Positions 12,555-15,519 of a stretch of DNA of 15,519 bases are shown here, one piece after another. How positions within the stretch are numbered: position 1 is the stretch's first letter; each line of letters opens with the position of its first letter. Source of the DNA: a bacterium. GTDB lineage: Bacteria; Desulfobacterota; DSWW01. Under the pieces are notes generated by a model. That model worked only from the letters and a program-made list of their open reading frames with translations. It was not told the DNA's origin and ran no database searches. The stretch lies in assembly GCA_040756235.1 (NCBI GenBank), contig JBFLZG010000136.1, positions 1-15,519 of the forward strand, written 5' to 3'. The position numbers were made by a program, and so were the translations under genes.

Positions 12555-14867
12555 TCAGGGCGTGAATACGAAGTACTCATAGTCGCCGACGCCCACGATC
12601 CGGTACGACTTGTGCTCCGTGAAGAACGCGAGCCAGACATAGACTCCCTTCGGCAGGCTGGACGGCAAGGTCCATCGGAAGAACGTGTACGGCCCCCAAT
12701 CGACGACCGGCCAGTTCGAAATCACCGGAACCGGGGTCGTCGTGCCGGTGGGGAAGAAGATCAGCGAGTGCCAGGGCAGGTAGAGAGCGATGTAGACGTC
12801 CACGACCGCAGGAATCTCCCCGGCGAAGGTCTCCACCTGCATCTCCAGGGTCTGGCCGGTCCTGAAGAACGTACCGTTCTTGTAGAGCTGGATTCTGGCG
12901 TAACAGCCCTCGTCCTTGATCCCGCTGCAATCGTTGTCGATACCGTCGCAGACCTCGTCCGCGCCCGGATGGATGGCCGCGTCCCCGTCGTTGCAGTCCT
13001 GCTCCGCCCCGCACCCGTCGCGCGCCGGATAGCCGTCGCCGTCCACGTCGGCACAGAGGTCCCCCGAGTACTCGTCGGCGCCCATGTCGTAACCGAGGTC
13101 CTGGGGGCGCGACTCGCCGTCGATATCGTCGGCCGGGAAGTCGGGGGGAGCGCTCGCCGGGTCTCCGGCATCGATGCAGGGCGAGATCAGGCTCAGATGG
13201 AAATCGCCGCCGCCCACGAAGAGCGGGTTCAGGTTGATGTTGCCGTCACCGTCCCACCCGCCCTGCACGTCCGAGTAACTGATGAGAGGAGAATCGCCCG
13301 ACCATACATCGATTTCGTTCGCCGTGCCTCCCGCCGTGTCCCCCCAGAGAATACTGTTGGCGATGCTTACCGTGGAGAGCAGCATCCCCACGGCCCCGCC
13401 CGGGCCCGTAGCGGAGTTCCCGCTGATCGTAGAGTTGACGACCGAGAGAGCGCCGTTGGAGACATAGAACGCCCCTCCGCCATCGCCGCCGGCCGTGTTG
13501 CCGGTGATCTCGCAGTTCGTGAACGTGGGGGAGGATTGCAGGAAGGCGGCCGCGCCGCCGCCATCCTCCGCATCGTTTCCCGTGACACGAGAGCCGGCCA
13601 CCGTGCCGGTGGAGTCCTCGGCGAAAGAGAGTCCGCCGCCAAAGGGCGCCGTGTTCCCTTCGATGGTGCAGCCGGTGACGGTGGGATTCGCCCAGTATTG
13701 ACACGAAATCCCGCCTCCGATGGTTGCCGAGGTGTTCCCGGTGATGGTACAGCTCTCGATGACCGGTGCGGCGGAAACCGAGACCAGCAAGGCGCCCCCT
13801 CCGTAGGAACCCGAGGAGGTCGTCTCGTTTCCGCTGAAAGTACAGCCCGTGATCGTCGGGGACGAGGACTCGATGCCTACTCCCGCGCCCCCGAGGATCG
13901 CGCTGTTGCCGGTGAAGGTGCAGCCGGTCACGAGCGGGGTGGATCCGTTGTTGATGTAGATGCCGCCGCCCTCGTCCTGCGCTTCATTATCCGTGAACGT
14001 GCTGTCCCTCACCTCCCCCGAGGCGGCGTTGTCGAAATACAGGGCAGCGCCCGACCCTTCGTGAATGCCCTCGTTCATGTAGTTGTTGGCGAACGTGCAT
14101 TCGTCCACCGTCGGAGAGGCTCCGTCGAAGTAGGCGGCGCCTCCGTTCGGGTCGGGGCCCTGGGCCGTGTTCCACGTGAAGGTCATCCCCGAGAAGGAGG
14201 GGGAGGAGCCCGCATCCGCATAGACCCCGCCGCCGACGCCCAGGGTCACGTTGTTGCGGATCGTGCACGCGGCGTCGAAGCGCGGGGAGGAGCTCTCGCA
14301 GTAAAGCCCCCCGCCGTTGTTATATGCGTGGTTCGCGTACAGGTCGCAGCCCTGAAAGGCGGGGGACGAATCTCTCAGGTAGACCCCTCCGCCCGCGATC
14401 CCCAGTCCGCCGTAGTTTCCGTTATCGGTGATCACGCAGTTGCTGATCGTGGGAGAGGCGCCGTCGCAGAGGATCCCCCCTCCTCCGGTCACCGTGCCGA
14501 TATCGGTCCCCTCACCGTTCTGTATGGTGAAGCCGTCGAGCACCGAGTCGGCTCCCTCTCCGTCATCGAACGTGACGACGGTTCCCGAGCCGCCGCCGTC
14601 GATGATCGTCGTCTCCGGCCCGGAGCGCGAGCGCACCTGGATCGATTTTCCCTGGAAGTCGATGTGCTCGGAATAGGTCCCCGAGCAGACCCAGATGGTG
14701 GTGCCTTCCGCAGCGCCGTTGATGGCGCCCTGGATGGTATAATGCCCGCACATCGTGGGCGGCCTGCAAACGTCGCACAGAGGCGCGGTCTCGACCAGGT
14801 CGCTCCCGATCGCCAGGCCGGCGCCAAGCAGCAAGAGACACGAGAACAGGCGAGAAGGGAATCTCAT
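12555..14867 (-). CDS. Secreted right-handed parallel beta-helix (Pmp-like) protein with choice-of-anchor Q-like segment, MopE-type metal-binding motif and a C-terminal domain, 770 aa
   Basis: ATG 14867 with AGGAGG SD, signal peptide, TIQGAINGA..TIWVCSGTYSE, many GG(G/A)-(I/V)Y / P-x-I-x-x-C-x-(F/I)-x-x-N repeats, DFHLSLISPCIDAG..DMGADE, and DVDGDG..DCNDGDAAIHPGADEVCDGIDNDC. Confidence 0.85.
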   Translation of the reverse strand: MRFPSRLFSCLLLLGAGLAIGSDLVETAPLCDVCRPPTMCGHYTIQGAINGAAEGTTIWVCSGTYSEHIDFQGKSIQVRSRSGPETTIIDGGGSGTVVTFDDGEGADSVLDGFTIQNGEGTDIGTVTGGGGILCDGASPTISNCVITDNGNYGGLGIAGGGVYLRDSSPAFQGCDLYANHAYNNGGGLYCESSSPRFDAACTIRNNVTLGVGGGVYADAGSSPSFSGMTFTWNTAQGPDPNGGAAYFDGASPTVDECTFANNYMNEGIHEGSGAALYFDNAASGEVRDSTFTDNEAQDEGGGIYINNGSTPLVTGCTFTGNSAILGGAGVGIESSSPTITGCTFSGNETTSSGSYGGGALLVSVSAAPVIESCTITGNTSATIGGGISCQYWANPTVTGCTIEGNTAPFGGGLSFAEDSTGTVAGSRVTGNDAEDGGGAAAFLQSSPTFTNCEITGNTAGGDGGGAFYVSNGALSVVNSTISGNSATGPGGAVGMLLSTVSIANSILWGDTAGGTANEIDVWSGDSPLISYSDVQGGWDGDGNINLNPLFVGGGDFHLSLISPCIDAGDPASAPPDFPADDIDGESRPQDLGYDMGADEYSGDLCADVDGDGYPARDGCGAEQDCNDGDAAIHPGADEVCDGIDNDCSGIKDEGCYARIQLYKNGTFFRTGQTLEMQVETFAGEIPAVVDVYIALYLPWHSLIFFPTGTTTPVPVISNWPVVDWGPYTFFRWTLPSSLPKGVYVWLAFFTEHKSYRIVGVGDYEYFVFTP

Positions 14868-14938
14868 GGAGTGTCCTCCTTTCCGGCGAAAAGGGGAAAG
14901 GGTGCGCCACGGGACCGCTCGATTCACGAGGCGGACGC

Positions 14939-14967
14939 ATTATACGAGGTTGTTCGAAATTTCGGAA
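14939..14967 (-). promoter_or_regulatory. Sigma70-like promoter for the beta-helix gene, with an overlapping palindrome
   Basis: Minus strand: TTCCGA-17 nt-TATAAT (perfect -10 at 14939-14944). Palindrome CGAAATTTCG at 14955-14964. Confidence 0.5.
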
Positions 14968-15011
14968 GCAAGCGAAACCAGCAGATCAGCACCGGTCATA
15001 CACGTTTTCTT

Positions 15012-15128
15012 CGTCACCCCGGCGCAGGCCGGGGTCCAGTCCCTGTAACCTGGAGACTACCGCTGTGCATGGTGCATGACCCTTCTGGATCCCGGCTTAC
15101 ACGCGCTCCGCACACGGGCCGGGATGAC
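15012..15128 (+). repeat. ~115-bp double-hairpin REP-like element, copy 2
   Basis: CGTCACCCCGGCGCAGGCCGGGGTCCAGTCC..CCCTTCTGGATCCCGGCTTACACGCGCT..GGGCCGGGATGAC, in the same orientation as 12286-12400. Confidence 0.8.
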
Positions 15129-15363
15129 AAAAGCGGGCGACGCATCCGTCGAATCCTGGCGGCACGGGGGCGGCAAGCAGCGCCCCAAACGTTTTCTTTG
15201 TGCGCCGGCCAGGATTCACGGCCGCTGCGCGATCCGGTACAATCCCGGCGGCAGGGTTGGGGAGCGCGCCCTGCCTGCCCTGACGAGCCTGGAACGCCGG
15301 CACCCCGGCCGCGGTCACGTTAGCCGCAACTCTTCTGGGGTCTGAATCCGGTGCACGCGTAGG

Positions 15364-15519
15364 TAGAGCCTGTCCCAACAGGCTCGATTTCAGAGGCTGT
15401 TCAAAAATGCCCAGATGCAAGGCGCACGAAGTCCTGAGGAACGAGGCGTACATGGAAGTACGCCGCAGTGACGAAGGACGAGTGCAACGCCGCAGATGGG
15501 CGTTTTGGGACAGCCTCTA
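15364..15519. mobile_element. MITE-like non-coding element with terminal inverted repeats
   Basis: AGAGGCTGTTCAAAAATGCCCA (15392-15413) matches the reverse complement of 15497-15518 at 19/22. TAGAGCCTGTCCCAA (15364-15378) matches the reverse complement of 15505-15519 at 14/15. Internal GGCGTAC..GTACGCC hairpin. Confidence 0.6.

Noticed and set aside
12612..15323. 903-aa plus-strand ORF
   Set aside because: Antisense to the beta-helix gene, R/V/G-rich, and runs through repeat DNA.
15076..15453. Small ORFs 15076..15345 (+) and 15097..15453 (-)
   Set aside because: They run through REP and MITE-like DNA and have no motifs or convincing ribosome-binding sites.

Overview
GC-rich bacterial window whose gene content suggests an anaerobe, probably Deltaproteobacteria-like (inference). 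Plus strand, in order: the 3' (P5C dehydrogenase) part of putA; the two-gene aspartate-semialdehyde sulfurtransferase homocysteine synthesis module (DUF39 protein plus NIL/ferredoxin); then a closely spaced run preceded by an FNR/HcpR-type box (decayed hemerythrin-like gene, nadA, alginate-export-like beta-barrel porin, tetraheme NapC/NirT cytochrome, octaheme epsilon-Hao-like protein). A short minus-strand unit follows, with two unannotated small ORFs (113 aa and 54 aa) and its own sigma70-like promoter. It is divergent from a GlcD/GlcF-like FAD and Fe-S dehydrogenase pair. Last is a minus-strand secreted 770-aa beta-helix protein flanked by two copies of a ~115-bp REP-like element, with an orphan fragment of a dehydratase/double-cubane gene beside it. 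Intergenic regions hold several REP/MITE-like repeat families. The most interesting item is the putative NO/nitrite-regulated porin + quinol dehydrogenase + reductive Hao operon, which also contains nadA. All calls come from motif reading only; no searches were run.
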